A stretch of DNA of 63,823 nucleotides, filler included, from Chiloscyllium plagiosum (Eukaryota): assembly GCF_004010195.1 (NCBI RefSeq). It is 5 parts of one record of this genome, joined end to end, with 100 filler letters (N's around TTAATTAATTAA, not from the genome) between each part and the next. Parts side by side here need not be neighbours in the genome. Positions count along the whole stretch, not along the records: positions 30,438 to 59,198 come from NC_057710.1; positions 59,299 to 62,024 come from NC_057710.1; positions 62,125 to 63,823 come from NC_057710.1; 2 more parts are not named here. One strand, 5' to 3'. How positions within the stretch are numbered: position 1 is the first letter of the stretch; the number at the start of each line of letters is the position of its first letter. Shown in pieces: positions 50,640 through 63,545 of this stretch. The position numbers and the translations under genes were made by a program. The notes below the pieces were generated by a model. That model did no database searches, was not told the origin of the DNA, and saw only the letters and a list, made by a program, of their open reading frames with translations.

Positions 50640-51289
50640 TTATTGTAGGAGAGAACACTCTCTGAAATCAACATTTCTTCTGTTAAAGAAGAGATTTGTT
50701 TCACCATCATAAATGGCAGATGGGCTATCCGTATTGTCCAGTAATGCATGGTGGTCATCCTGACCAAATCCATTTGTTTCTGCGTTTGCATTTTTTTTAA
50801 TAAGAGATATTAATTGTTCCCATGTGAATTGTACATCCTTAAAAGCATGAAGTAAAAAGATGCCCAAGATTATGGTACAGAATCCATTTATAATCCCAAT
50901 GACATCCTTAATTTCCACATTATTCCATTCTTTGAAAAGGATAACTGAACAAATTATGACAATAGTAGTGAACAATACGTAGTAAATAGGGGTCACTATA
51001 GCAGTGTTAAAGGTATCAAGAGCTTTGTTTAGATAATTGATTTGCGTGCTGATGGATATGATCAAAGTACCAAGTAGAATCCAGCTCAGTGGTCTGTTGA
51101 TGACTGGTTTCTTTTCAAGCAGTTCCTTTATGGCAATACCCAGTCCCTTCACAGATGATACAGAAAAAGCTCCAATCAATGAACAAATGGAGATATAGAC
51201 CAGTATATTAGTTGGTCCTAGTTTGGGAGCAACAAAGATAATCAGCACCACAGAGACTACGATTATTATGCTGGCAAATGTAAGGAAGC
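50640..51289 (-). CDS. NIPAL1: NIPA-like protein 1 (magnesium transporter NIPA3), last coding exon
   Basis: ttttcag acceptor; [57 protein letters not shown]...[14 protein letters not shown]...FLLHAFK; tail (TWEQL..LLDN..LFF) fits NIPAL1 best; SLAIN2 nearby; AATAAA at 50047-50052. Confidence 0.92.
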
Positions 51290-51769
51290 CTGAAAAGAGA
51301 TAAAACGTAAAAGGTAAAATTATAAACTTAAACGTTGCACTGATGATGTGTAATTTTGTTATATATTTGTGTCTGACTTTGATTTCATTGGTAAATCACA
51401 GAAGTATCCAAAACATTTTACATTCAGTAGTGTCCACAGATCAGGCAGAGCTGTAACAATAGGTTTACCTGGTCATTAAATAGGTAGCACAGTTTTTCTT
51501 CATTTGCCCTCTCTAATCTTGCCAAATGTGAGTGAAGTAACTAGTTAGCCAAGGCCCAATATGAATGGTTTCATTTCTCTAGATGAAAAAGGCACAATCT
51601 CGCTTAATTTTCTTGGGATGAAGCAATTGGACTCTGTCTCAATTAGAACTGGTTCACGTTCTGTCACTTGCAGAAATTAGCTCATCTGGCTACGATGCAC
51701 ACCTTCCTGAAGCCTATTTGTTCTGATAAAATGTGCAAATTCATTTTGTTTAAAACACGACACTTAATC

Positions 51770-52885
51770 CAAACTTATGAGGATTCCCTGCGTGCATTTC
51801 TTCCCTCACCCCTTACCTTTCCTCCAACAATGATAAGGTCCCTCCTGTCCTCATTTACCATCCACCATCCTCCACATCCAAAGGATTGTAAGTCGTCATT
51901 TTCTATCACTTTGAATGTGATAAAACAACCAGATATATGTTCCATTCCTGTCCATTGTCAGCCTTCTGCACTGACAATTCCCTCTGGGAAATTCTGTACA
52001 CTCCTCTTCCATTCCCAACATCTCATCACACACCCATGACACGTTCTCATGCAGTCACAAAAGGTTAATGCTCAAGTAAGCCTTCTCTATCCAAGGGCCC
52101 AGACATATCTTCAGGTGAGGCAGTGATTTACCTATTCTTCATTTAATCTAGTCTACAAGATGGACTGTTCTACACTAAGGAGACGAAACACAGGAGGGGA
52201 GATTGCTTTGCAGTATAGCCATGCTCCATCTGCAAGACAACCCCAGTTTCCATTTGCCTGCCACTTCAACTCACCACCACATTCCCAAGCCAACATTTCT
52301 GTCACAGGTATGTTGCCATGTTACAGAGAGCCTCAGTGCAAGCTCGAAGAATAACATCTCATTTTCCACTTGGGAATCCTGTAGCCTCTAGGACTCAACA
52401 TCTAATTCAATAACCGTGGAGCCTGATTCCATCCTTCCATGTTTTTACCCACTCCACACCCAGTCCTTTATGAAATGCGTTGCTCTTTGCACAGTGTCCC
52501 ATTTCCATGTACTCCTCAGTTCATTATCATATTATATGTTTCGCATTCAGCACACCTAACCAATTTTCTCACTCTTATGATGACTTATTCAGCTTTTCTT
52601 CTGTCCTGCCCTGCTATCCATAATCTTTTGTTTACCTACCCCCTTTCATATCTCTCTCTCTGGGCTCTGTCTCCACCTACCTGCTCACCTCTCTCCTTGC
52701 GCCACCATCCCTCCACTCATAACTTCCCCAATTTCACCTTCAGCATAAATACCACATTTTCCTAGTTACTAACAGTTCTGGTGAGTCACCAGACTCAAAA
52801 TATAAACTCTGCTTTCTTCCCACACATGCTGAGTTTCTCCAGCAATTTGTTTCATATCTCCAGCATTCACAGTTTTTTTTGTTTC
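51770..52885 (+). mobile_element. Decayed Penelope-like 3' portion in a NIPAL1 intron
   Basis: GIY-YIG remnants ACHFNSPPHS...CKLEE.HLIFHLG; pLTR tail. Confidence 0.78.
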
Positions 52886-53186
52886 ATTATTTTATGGCAG
52901 AGACATGGCAGGCTTCTTGTGCCGTAACAATTCTATGTATTCTGTGAAGTTACACAGGCTTCAGGACAACTGCACTAAAAGGTACAAACACAAATAAATA
53001 TTATTTGCCAATTCTCAAGATCTTTACTCCCAATGAGGGTACGAAGTTAGTTCTAAACTACAAAATGGTCTGTTCAAATATTCTTGCAGTGTCAATTAGA
53101 AATGAATAGGTTTAAGGGTCTTTAAGAAATTATATTTGAAGTAGTAATGTACAAAAATACCACATTATAATACTTCTAAACCATAC

Positions 53187-53347
53187 CGGTCTCTTTCAGC
53201 TTTTCTTCCATCTCATGCAAAGAATTGATTCCTTCCTCTTCTGGCGAATGGATCACAATTATTGTTGATCCTACAATGCTCAGAGTACACCCTAACTTGC
53301 CATGAATGTTCAGTCGCTCATTTAAAATGTACGATGAAAGAATGGCA
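53187..53347 (-). CDS. NIPAL1: NIPAL1 internal coding exon (161 bp)
   Basis: cacag / gtatgg boundaries; (S)[53 protein letters not shown](G); phases match both neighbouring exons. Confidence 0.95.
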
Positions 53348-53449
53348 CTGTGAATTACAAAAATGGAAAATTGTCAGGACATTGCTGTATAAGTATTTAA
53401 ACATTAGAAAATTCTGTACCTTTCATATGAATGCACACAAATCCAATTT

Positions 53450-54832
53450 TTGGGTAGTTTAGAATTTTGTGTTTTGGTGTCGGGAACAACAGGTCAGATG
53501 CAGTGCAGATTAGGTATACCACTATTTTAACATGCTACATTAATTTGGCCTACCTGCACTTTTGTAACATCCTCATTTAACTTGTGAAAATTTTTGTCAT
53601 ATTTACTACCAACTAGTGCTGAGCTATAAATAGTTTTATACTTTAAATTCACTCATTGCAATGAATAAGTTCACCTACTTGTGAAGTTCCTCGGTAATGC
53701 AGTGAACCAAAGATTGGTTAAAGTTTTAACGTTTTTGGCAAGGATCCATTCGATGTTATGGGATAAACAGGTCCTGAAACAGCACAGTAAAACTCTGATT
53801 CTGTTGTATGGCCACATCAATATATTGTGGTAAAGCAGAGAGCCAACTTGCAGGGAGGTTGTGGAAGGATGTAGCCAAGGAGAAGGCTTAATCTTACATT
53901 TGGCCAACAAAACAATTTTTCTGCAGGAAATCTAAAGATGTGCAGGTTGGGTCAATTGGCCATGCTACATTGCCCATAGTGTTAGGTGCATTAGTCAGGG
54001 GTAAATATGGGGAATGGGTCTAGGTGGATTACTGAGGGTCGGTGTGCCCTTATTGGGCCAAAGGGCCTGTTTCCTTACTGTAGGGAATCTAATCTAATAA
54101 AAAAGACAATCACTAGGTGTTGGGAAATCATGTTACGAACGTACAGGACATTGGTTAGGCCACTTCTGGAAAATTGCATGCAATTCCAGTCTCCCTACTT
54201 TAGGAAGGATGTTGTGAAACTTTAAAGGGTTCAGAAAAGATTTACAAGGATGTTGCCAGAGTTGGAGGATTTGAGGTATAGGAAGAGACTGAAGAGGCTG
54301 GGTATATTCTCCCAGGAACAGAGGCCGAGAGGTTGTAGAGGTTTATAAAATCATGAGGGGTTTTTCCCCCAGAGTGGGGAGTCCAGAACTGGAGGGCATA
54401 GGTTTAGATTGAGAAGGGAAAGATTTAAAAAGGGGCCTAAGGGGCAACTTTTTCACACTGGGTGTTGCGTGTATGGAATGAGCTGCCGGGGAAGTGGAGG
54501 AGGCTGGTACAATTACAGCATTTAAAAGGCATATGGATGAGTACATGAATAGGAAGGGTTTAGAGAGACATGGGCCAAGAGCTGGCAATAGAACTAGATT
54601 AGGTTAGGATGTCTGGTCAGCTTGGACAAGTTGGACCAAAGGGTCTGTTTCCATGCTGTACATTTCTATGACTATGACTATGACACTGGTTTGCCAATTT
54701 TACATTCAATTTCATGGAATGGGATAGGTTGTTGGGTAGTTTAGAATTTTGTGTTTTGGTGTCGGGAACAACAGGTCAGATGCAGTGCAGATTAGGTATA
54801 CCACTATTTTAACATGCTACATTAATTTGGCC
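53450..54832 (+). repeat. 101-bp direct repeat pair (53450-53550 and 54732-54832)
   Basis: ttgggtagtttagaatttt...ctacattaatttggcc appears identical in both places. Confidence 0.85.
53930..54683 (+). mobile_element. HE1-like SINE 3' part (53930-54097) followed by a CR1 3' fragment (54110-54683)
   Basis: aaagatgtgcaggtt...aatctaatcta; YRTLVRPLLE; ctatgactatga tail. Confidence 0.85.
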
Positions 54833-55590
54833 GAATGAAAAACTGAATTAGATCTGATGCACATCGTATGATCCCATTCTGCATTGCTTTAAGACAGATT
54901 TTTGTCAGACAAGATGATCAAGAGTCATGAAACCAAAGCCATTTGGATGAAGTTAAGATACTCAGCGAAGGGCTTTTGCCCAAAACGTCAATTTTCTTGC
55001 TCCTCGGATGCTGCCTGACCTGCTGTGCTTTTCCAGCACCACCCCAATCTAGACCAATCTTATGTCAGTCTCGCATTCAAGGGTGGCCTGCTTCTCTTGT
55101 GTTTTTATCTCATGATCATCTGCCCATTTTTGCAGGAACTTTCTTTGTTTAAACTGGTTAGAAAATAGATCAAGTAAATAACTGATATAATGGTCATACT
55201 TTAGCTGCAGGGAAATGGAGTTCGACAGAGAAAAAAAAAAGTGTCCAATTTTCATAAGGACTAATTTCTACTAAGAAATTTAATACAATAGTATGGCTCT
55301 ATAACAATCATTAGCAAGAATCAGAACAGGACAGTTGATTATTTAGGTTACCGTACATAATTTGATTGCCTTCTCTTCTGCAGACATTACCTTAATCTGG
55401 AGTGTAGCCCCACTGTTGTAAACATACCAAGGTGGCTGGCAGCAAGGTGGCTCAATGAGCTGAAACTGCCAAGTGTTGGCTGGCTATTCACTAAACATCA
55501 TAACCTGATCCGATAGAGCCTCACTTATAACCACATAAATGTGCTTTGTTTTTAAACAGTATTCCAACTGTTGCATTAATAAAAACATAC

Positions 55591-55681
55591 CTTATAAGAA
55601 CACTTAGCCCACCCAATGGCGTAACCAGTGTAGCAGGTGCAAAAGCATAGGCAGCAAAGTTAGCAGCTTCCCCAGCACCCA
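55591..55681 (-). CDS. NIPAL1: NIPAL1 internal coding exon (91 bp)
   Basis: ttacag / gtatg boundaries; [29 protein letters not shown](S), the NIPA family signature. Confidence 0.96.
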
Positions 55682-55859
55682 CTGTAAAACAAAATACAAT
55701 TTGGTGTAAGTTTAGACTCAAGGAATTATGCAACCTAAGGTTGCAAATTTTGTTTCTTACTGTGCTCTATTCTTTATCTAAAGATGTTGCAAATTCAAAA
55801 ATATTCAATCTTCTGAACCATCTCAAGTGAAATTACTTTTATGGGAGATACATATGGAG

Positions 55860-56340
55860 CTTGTTCAGGCATGCTGCTGTGCTCCAGTGAAGCGCAGTGC
55901 AAGCTGGAAGAGCAACACCTCATTTTCTGCTTGGGAACTCTAAAGCCTTCTGGACTCTGTAGAGTTCAACAACTGTAGGGCCTGAGGCACCTTCTCCCGT
56001 ATCCTTACCCCAACCACCACACACCAGGCTTTATCATCATAATGGTCTGCTATTATAGACAACCTATTGTTAGCCACTATTAGTTTCCATTAGCAGCCAT
56101 TTATTCTCCTGGTCTGATTGTTAGCCACTCCTTCGTCTGTCCAACTGTTCTTTGGGCTGTATTTCGACCTATAATTTACTTCTTACTCACTCCCCTGCCA
56201 TATTATCTTCTGCATATAAATCAACTTTTTCCTTGCTACCAGTTCTGTGAAAGGGTCACTGGATCCAAAACATCAACTCTGATTTCTCTTCATAGATGCG
56301 GTCAGGCCTGCTGAGCTTTTCCAGCATATTCTGTTTTTGA
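55860..56340 (+). mobile_element. Penelope-like 3' fragment
   Basis: CKLEEQHLIFCLGTLKPSGL; homologous to 36660-37190. Confidence 0.8.
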
Positions 56341-57929
56341 TACATATTAAGCTTGTTGCCTGTAGGCCTTTAGAGCTACATTCACAGGACAGACCTGAGA
56401 GGACTACAAGTTGGACAGTACTAATTGACAGTCAGTTAACTGGTATTGAACACATGGCTGACTTTGGAACAGAGACCCAAAGAAGGATATTCAGAAGGAT
56501 ATTTATTTTGCAATTATATAAATTGTGATGTAGAGGCAAGCAGAATCATGATGAGTTTTGATTGAGTGGCAGAAGGACCAGTAACCAGAGGACACAGATT
56601 AAAGACAATGTAAAAGAACCAGAGGTAAAATGAAGTCAATAAAGATTTCGCACCAAGTAGTCATCCAGAATGCATTGCCAAAAAGATAGAAGCATCCTCA
56701 GTAATTTTCAGAGGGGAAATTGAATAAATGCTTGAAGGGAGAAGTTTACAGGTTTAATTCTGTCCAGATAAATGTCCAGTGCAATGTTAATATTAATCAG
56801 ACATCCCAGAGAGAAGCATTACAGGGTTTCTATTCATTTTCTACCTGATGGGCAAGACCCTCAACTCACTAAATTGATAACTCAACTGATTGATTCCCTT
56901 GCTATGACAATAAATCAGATGTTTTCGAAGAAAATGGACTTTTTTTATTTATATGTTTCCATGACTTTTCTCCAATGTCACTCAGAGCAATGTCTTGCAA
57001 AATAATTTTCAGCTGGAGACTAAGAGTGATTCTGGAGGGTTGGGAACCACAATCTGGGCAAGGAATGTTATTTATACCAGGTTTTGCACTTTAAAAAGGT
57101 CATTCTTGCAATTGATTTTGAATTCTGCAGCGGTTTCTTAAAACCTTGCAGTTATGTGGCCACTCTTCTGTCAAACATTTCACACACAATAACAGACATT
57201 GAAACTTTCAGAAGAACATCACTAGATGGTACCGCAACATTCTGCAAGACAAAATAACAAAAGTGGTTCAGCTTACTACTGATATAAAGCTGTGATCTGA
57301 ACAGCTTACACTGGGTCTTTGATAAGAACCAGAAGTCAAGTGCAAAAAGAGAAGTGTTTTTGGGATTCCTGGCAATTTTGCAGGGTGAATAGACCTTAAC
57401 AATTGAGTTGTACTCCCTTCTGTATACTAGGTCAAAGGATAACCTACAGGAGGTGTTAAAGGATGGATAAGACAAATTATTTCATTTGGTTGTGGGACTC
57501 CAAGGAGACATTCCTTCAAAAACCACAATAGAATTAAGGATGATTTCTTTAATCTCCTAGCTACACAAAGTGTAGCAGAAATGTGGAGCATTCCTTCCCA
57601 AAACACTGTTCAGGGTACACCAGCAGAAAGTGTTGTAACTGAATTGTGTAGATTTTTGTTAAGCATGGGTTAAGAAATTAAAGCGGGTGGATATCATTGA
57701 GGTATAGGAGATCTCACTGAATACCAGAAGATATGTCTACTCATGTTCCTAGTATATTATCATATCACAGGTAGTAAAATCTGGAAGACAGTCACACTCC
57801 AAGTTTCAGGATACGCAGAACAAATGGATTGAGGTTTTTAGAAATTCTTTACAATTCCTTTAGAAATTTAGAATGTTTCTCAGCAAGAGGTAGTTTCATG
57901 CTGCTAAACGAATAACTTTCCATTGTAGA

Positions 57930-59198
57930 TTAAAGAAAGTTGATAGTGTGCAAGTGCCAGATCCATAACACCATAAGGTGCAGTATTTTGTAGAGGAATA
58001 ACACGGTGTTATTTCCTGGGTCTGTAGATTGTGAAGGAGCAAAAATGACCTTTGCAATATGTACTTCTTGTCAGCTGTGGGAGTTTAAAGAGAGTTTAAG
58101 GGTTACTGCGGATTATATCTGCCATAAATGCTGTTGGATGTGAATCTTATTAGATCGAGTGAATCGGTTGGAGAGACAGATAGAAGCGATGAGGAATTTG
58201 CAACAGCAACAGTATGTGATGGATGGCAGTTATAGGAAGAGGGGAAAAGTCTCAGATACACACAGTCACAGAGATGAGTTAACTCCAGGAAGGGGAAGAG
58301 AGGTGGGCACCTAGGACAGGAGTCTTTTGTGGATATACCCATTTCAAACAGGTATGCTGTTTTGGAAAATGTAGGGGGTGATGGATTCTCAGGTGAATGT
58401 AGCACGAGCAGCCAAGTTTCTGGTATTGAGACTGGCTCTCATGCAACGAGGGGTACGTCGGCTTTCAAGAGATTAATTGTGTTAGGGGATTCTGTAGTCC
58501 AAGGTACAGACAGACATTTCTGTGGTCAGCAGAGAAAAAGCAGAATGGTGGATTGTTTCCCTGGTGCCAGGATCAAGTATGTCTCAGAGGGTGCAGAGGG
58601 GCCAGCAAGAGGTCATCGTCCACATTAGAACCAACGGTATAGGAAGAGAAAAAGTTGAGATTCTGAAGGGAGATTAGAAAGTTAGGCAGAAATTTAAAAA
58701 GGAGGTCCTCAAGGGTAGTAATATCTGGATTACTCCCAGTGTTCCAAGCTAGTGAGGGCAGGAATTGGAGGATAGAGCAGATGAATGCATGGCTGAGAAG
58801 CTGGGAGAAGGATTCACATTTTTGGATCACTGGAATCTCTTTTGGGGTAGAAGTGATCTGTACAAGACGAACAGATTGCACCTAAATTGGAAGGGGACTA
58901 ATATACTGGCAGGGAAATTTGCTAGAACTACTTGGGAGGATTTAAATTGGTAAGGTGGGGGGGGTGGGACCCAGGGAGACAGTGAGGAAAGAGAGCAATT
59001 TGAGACTGGTACAGTTGAGAACAGAAGTGAGTCAAACTGTCAGGGCAGGCAGGGACAAGGCAGGATTAATAAATTAAACTGCATTTATTTCAATGCAAGG
59101 GGCCTAACGGGGAAGGCAGACGAACTCAGGGCATGGTTAGGAATATGGGACTGGGAAATCATAGCAATTACAGAAACATGGCTCAGGAATGGACAGGA
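57930..59198 (+). mobile_element. CR1 5' portion: ORF1 (Cys motif, SGNH esterase) and start of endonuclease; cut off by the gap
   Basis: CTSC..YICHKC; VLGDSVV..CFPGARI; LHLNWKG; CIYFNARG...IAITETWL. Confidence 0.9.
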
Positions 59199-59298
59199 NN
59201 NNNNNNNNNNNNNNNNNNNNNNNNNNNNNNNNNNNNNNNNNNTTAATTAATTAANNNNNNNNNNNNNNNNNNNNNNNNNNNNNNNNNNNNNNNNNNNN

Positions 59299-59808
59299 GC
59301 CTTGGAGGGAAGTAAGCGGGGAGGTGTGGGCGCAAGTTTTGCATTTCTTGCGGTTGCAGGGAAGGTGCCGGGAGTGGATGTTGGGTTGGTGGAGGGTGTG
59401 GACCTGACGAGGGAGTCATGGAGGGAGTGGTCTTTTCGGAACGTTGATAGGGGAGGGGAGGGAAATATATCCCTGGTGGTGGGGTCCGTTTTTATGGTGG
59501 TGGAAATGACGACGGATGATACGATGTATTTGGAGGTTGGTGAGGTGGTAGGTGAGGACCAGTGGGGTTCTGTCCTGGTGGCGATTGGAGGGGCAGGGCT
59601 CAAGAGCGGAGGAGCGGGAAGTGGAGGAGATGCGGTGGAGGGCATTGTTGATCACGTCTGGGGGAAAATTGCTGTCTTTGAAGAAGGAGGCCCTCTGGGT
59701 TGTACGGTATTGGAACTGGTCTTCCTGGGAGCAGATGCGGCGGAGTCGTTTCCAGCAACACATTTTCAGCTCTGATCTCCAGCATCTGCAATCCTCACTT
59801 TCTCCTCG
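59299..59808 (-). mobile_element. Penelope-like fragment with inverted pLTR terminus
   Basis: LRRICSQEDQF...PLVLTYH; + strand terminus ...ccagcatctgcaatcctcactttctc at 59749-59806. Confidence 0.88.
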
Positions 59809-60555
59809 AATATTCCTTAACTGCCTGGATGTCCACTTCCTCCACCACCAACACTCAGTAGCACTGGTTTGCACAATCTTGAAGATGCACTGTAGAAATT
59901 CACCAAAGATCCTTTGACAGCACCTTCCAAACCCATAACCTTTGACTGGCTCTTGAAATCAATTTGTTTCCCTGTTGAGTCAAGTTTAGCTTTTGATCAA
60001 TGATGACCCAGGGATGTGGATACTGGGGGATTTAGTGATGGTAACACCATTGAATATCAAGAGGGATGGTTACATTGTCTCTTATTGAAGACGCTTATTG
60101 CCTGGCAGTTGTGAGGCCCAAATATTACTTGCCACTCATAGCCATTACATTAAGAAGGACAAGGGCAGTAGACACATGGGAACATCATCACCTGCAAGTT
60201 CACCTCCAAATCACTCAACTTCCTGATTTTTCATTATTCATTCAGTAATGGGATGAGGGATTCACTGGCTTGACCAGCATTTATTGTCCATCCCTAATTG
60301 CCTGGAGAACAGTTCAGAGACAACCACATTGCTGTGGGTCACAAAGGGCAGGCCAGATAAAAATGACTGTTTCCTTCCCTAAAGGACATTAGTGAGCTTG
60401 TTGGATTTTTCCAATTTGACAATAGATCACTAGTCATTATTAAACTCTTATATCCAAATTTTTAAATTCAGTTTAAATTCTTTGATCTGCTGTGTTGAGC
60501 TTCAAGAGACCAGAGATTCACGGAATGTTCTGGGGACCCGAGTTTCAAACCTGGG

Positions 60556-61227
60556 TCATAGAGTCATAGAGATGTATAGCATGGAAACAGACCCTTCAGT
60601 CCAACCTGTCCATGCCGACCAGATATCCCAACCCAAACTAGTCCCACCTGCCAACACCCGGCCCATATTCCTCCAAACGCTTCCTACTCATATACCCATC
60701 CAAATACCTTTTAAAGTAACAGCCTCCACCACTTCCTCTGGCAGTTCATTCCATACACATAGCACCCTTTGTGTGAAATAGCTTAGGTCTCTTTTATATC
60801 TTTCCCCTCTCACCCTAAACCTATGCCCTCTAGTTCTTGACTCCCCCACCTCAGGGAAAATACTTTGTCTATTTATTCTATCCATACCCCTCTATAAGGT
60901 CATCCCTCAGCCTCTGACGCTCCAAGGAAAACAGCCCCAGCCTGTTCAGCCTCTCCCTATACCTCAAACCCTCCAACCCTGGCAACATCTTTGTATATCT
61001 TTTCTGAACCTTTTCAAGTTTCACAACATCTTTCTGATAGGAAGGAGACCAGAATTGCAAGCAATATTCCAACAGTGGTCTAACCAATGTCCTGTACCGC
61101 CGCAATATGATGTCCCAACTCCTGTACTCAATACTCAATAAAGGAAAGCATACCAAATGCCTTCTTCACTATCCTATCTACCTGTGTTTCCACTTTCAAG
61201 AAGCTATGAACTTGCACACCAAGGTCT
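60556..61227 (-). mobile_element. CR1 3' fragment
   Basis: YRTLVRPLLEYCLQFWSP; catagagtcatagag tail. Confidence 0.92.
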
Positions 61228-62024
61228 GTTTTTTTTTATTTCAAAAATATACTTTATTCATATATATTTAATCTATACAATTGGACATGTCATCATTCTG
61301 TAAACATTCCAATTCTTTGCGTATCGAAACAGGGTAATCATTCCTATTCACAGGTTAGTGCGATTACATTGTGCTGAGGCGCCAGCGGAGCCCAAATGAC
61401 TGCGCGGGCCTCCTGTTTTTCTTTAGGCAGGCAGATGTTACACGGTGGTCTTTCCCCACCGCGCCTTGGCGGCAGCTGCCCCAAGCTTCAGCGCGTCCCT
61501 CAACACGTAGTCCTGGACCTTGGAATGTGCCAGTCTGTAATACTCAGTCAGGGTCAACTCCTTCAGCTGGAAGATCAACAGGTTTCAGACCACCCAGAGA
61601 GCGTCCTTCACCGAGTTGATGATCCTCCAGGCACAGTTGATGTTCGTCTCGGTGTGCGTCCCGGGGAACAGGCTGTAGAGCACGGAGTCCCGCGTCATGG
61701 CGCTGCTTGGGACGAACCTCGACAAACACCACTGCATTCCTCTCCAGACTTCCTCTGCATAGGCACACTCCAGAAGGAGGTGTGTGACAGTCTCGTCCCC
61801 CCCGCAGCCGCTTCGAGGGGGGCAGCGTGCCGTGCGGCTGAGAGTCCGCGCGTGCATAAAGGATTTCACAGGCAGAGCCCTTCTCACCACCAGCCAAGCC
61901 ATGTCTTGGTGCTTGTTGGAAAGTTCTGGCGATGAGGCATCCTGCCAAATGGCTTTGACAGTCTGCTCAGGGAACCACTCGATAGGATCCGCCCTCTCCT
62001 TTTCCCAAAGGGTCTCAAGGACAC
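61228..62024 (-). mobile_element. Younger Tx1/L1-clade LINE 3' end (zf-RVT domain, poly(A) tail)
   Basis: AWLVVRRALPV...CPPRSGCGGDETVTHLLLEC; AATAAA + A-tail; CpG-rich; homologous to 12361-13250. Confidence 0.9.
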
Positions 62025-62163
62025 NNNNNNNNNNNNNNNNNNNNNNNNNNNNNNNNNNNNNNNNNNNNTTAATTAATTAANNNNNNNNNNNNNNNNNNNN
62101 NNNNNNNNNNNNNNNNNNNNNNNNTTCTAGCTTATCTCTCCACGCTTCAGGCTCACTGCCTTT

Positions 62164-62199
62164 ATTCCTGACGAAGGGCTTTTGCCCGAAACGTCGATT
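62164..62199 (+). ncRNA. Minimal type I hammerhead ribozyme motif in a Penelope pLTR fragment (62125-62255)
   Basis: AUUC-CUGACGA-A-GGGC UUUU GCCC-GAAA-CGUC-GAUU. Confidence 0.78.
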
Positions 62200-62704
62200 T
62201 CGCTGCTCCTTGGATGCTGCCTGAACTGCTGTGCTCTTCCAGCACCACTAATCCAGGGACATAGAGGGCCTAGTAAATGAGCTGATGTAGAAGAGGGACA
62301 TTCATTTCCTCCAGGACTGGCAGAGAAAACCATCATCTCAGATCCTGCCAGCCTTGTCCAAGGTTGCCTCAATTGGTCTTAGTTGTCTTAGATAGTGCCA
62401 GTCTGGAGGAACACTCAGCAGTGTAGGAAGAGGTTAATGACCCTCTCTGCCACCGTCTTCTCTCTGCTACCTTACATTTACTTTCGGTATGCTACTGCAT
62501 ACACCTCCCAGAAAATGGGAGAAAGGGAGAGATTGAGTAAGATGAAAGTGTGTAGTCCAGCTGTGGACAATGTGGTGAGGTGTCCCAAGTGAGAGAGCAG
62601 GCAGCCAGCGATTCTGCGGGGTTATTAGTGTGTTGGGAATTGGATGGGTAATGATGAGTTATGTAGGATGTTGCAGGTAATTGTGAGAGTGGTAGAGCAT
62701 GAAA

Positions 62705-63450
62705 TAAGACTGTTTTCTAAATAGGGAGAAAATTCAGAAGTCTGAAGTGCAAAGAGACTTGGGAGTTCTAGTCCAGGATTCTCTCAAGGTAAACTTGCAG
62801 GTTGAGTCAGTATTTAGGAAGGCAAATGTAATCTTTACATTTATTTTGAGAGGGCTTGACTATAAAAGCAGGGATGTACTTCCGAGGCTCTGTAAGGCTC
62901 TGGTTAGACCACATTTGGAGTATTGTGTGCAGTTTTGGGCCCCATATCTCAGGAAGGATGTACTGGCCCTGGAGCATGTTCAGAGGAGGTTCATGAGAAT
63001 GGTCCCAGGAATGAAATACTTAACACATGAGGAATGTTTGAGGACTTTGGGTCTTTATTCAATGGAGTTTAGAAGGATGGGTAGGGATCTAATTGAAACA
63101 TACAGAATACTGAATGGCCTTGACAGAGTGGATGTTGGGAAGATATTTCCCGTTGGTAGGAGAGACTAGGACCTGAGGGCACAGAGTTAGAGTAATGCGA
63201 AAACCTTTTAGAATGGAGATAAGGAGAAACGTCTTCAGCCACAGAGTGGTGAAACTATGGAATGCATTACCGCAGAAGGCTTTGGAGGCCAGGTTATTGA
63301 GTATATTTAAGACTGAGATAGATAGGTTCTTGAGTTTCAAGTGTTACAGGGAGAAAGCGGGAGAATGGGGTTTAGAAACTTATCAGCCATGATTGAACGG
63401 TGAAGCAGACTTGATGGGCTGAATGGCCTATTTTCTGCTCCTCTGTATCA
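62705..63450 (+). mobile_element. CR1 3' fragment
   Basis: QRDLGVLV...LVRPHLEYCVQFWAP ORF; 3' UTR hairpin. Confidence 0.93.
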
Positions 63451-63520
63451 TGGTGTCGGCTTGAAATTGTATGGTGCTATGCAACAACATTTCCAGCCCC
63501 TTGACTGATGTCTGTCCCTG

Positions 63521-63545
63521 CAGCATCTGCAGTCCTCACTTTCTT
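63521..63545 (+). mobile_element. 25-nt Penelope terminus insertion with 16-18 bp TSD
   Basis: cagcatctgcagtcctcactttctt between two copies of ctgatgtctgtccctg (63505-63520, 63546-63561). Confidence 0.8.
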
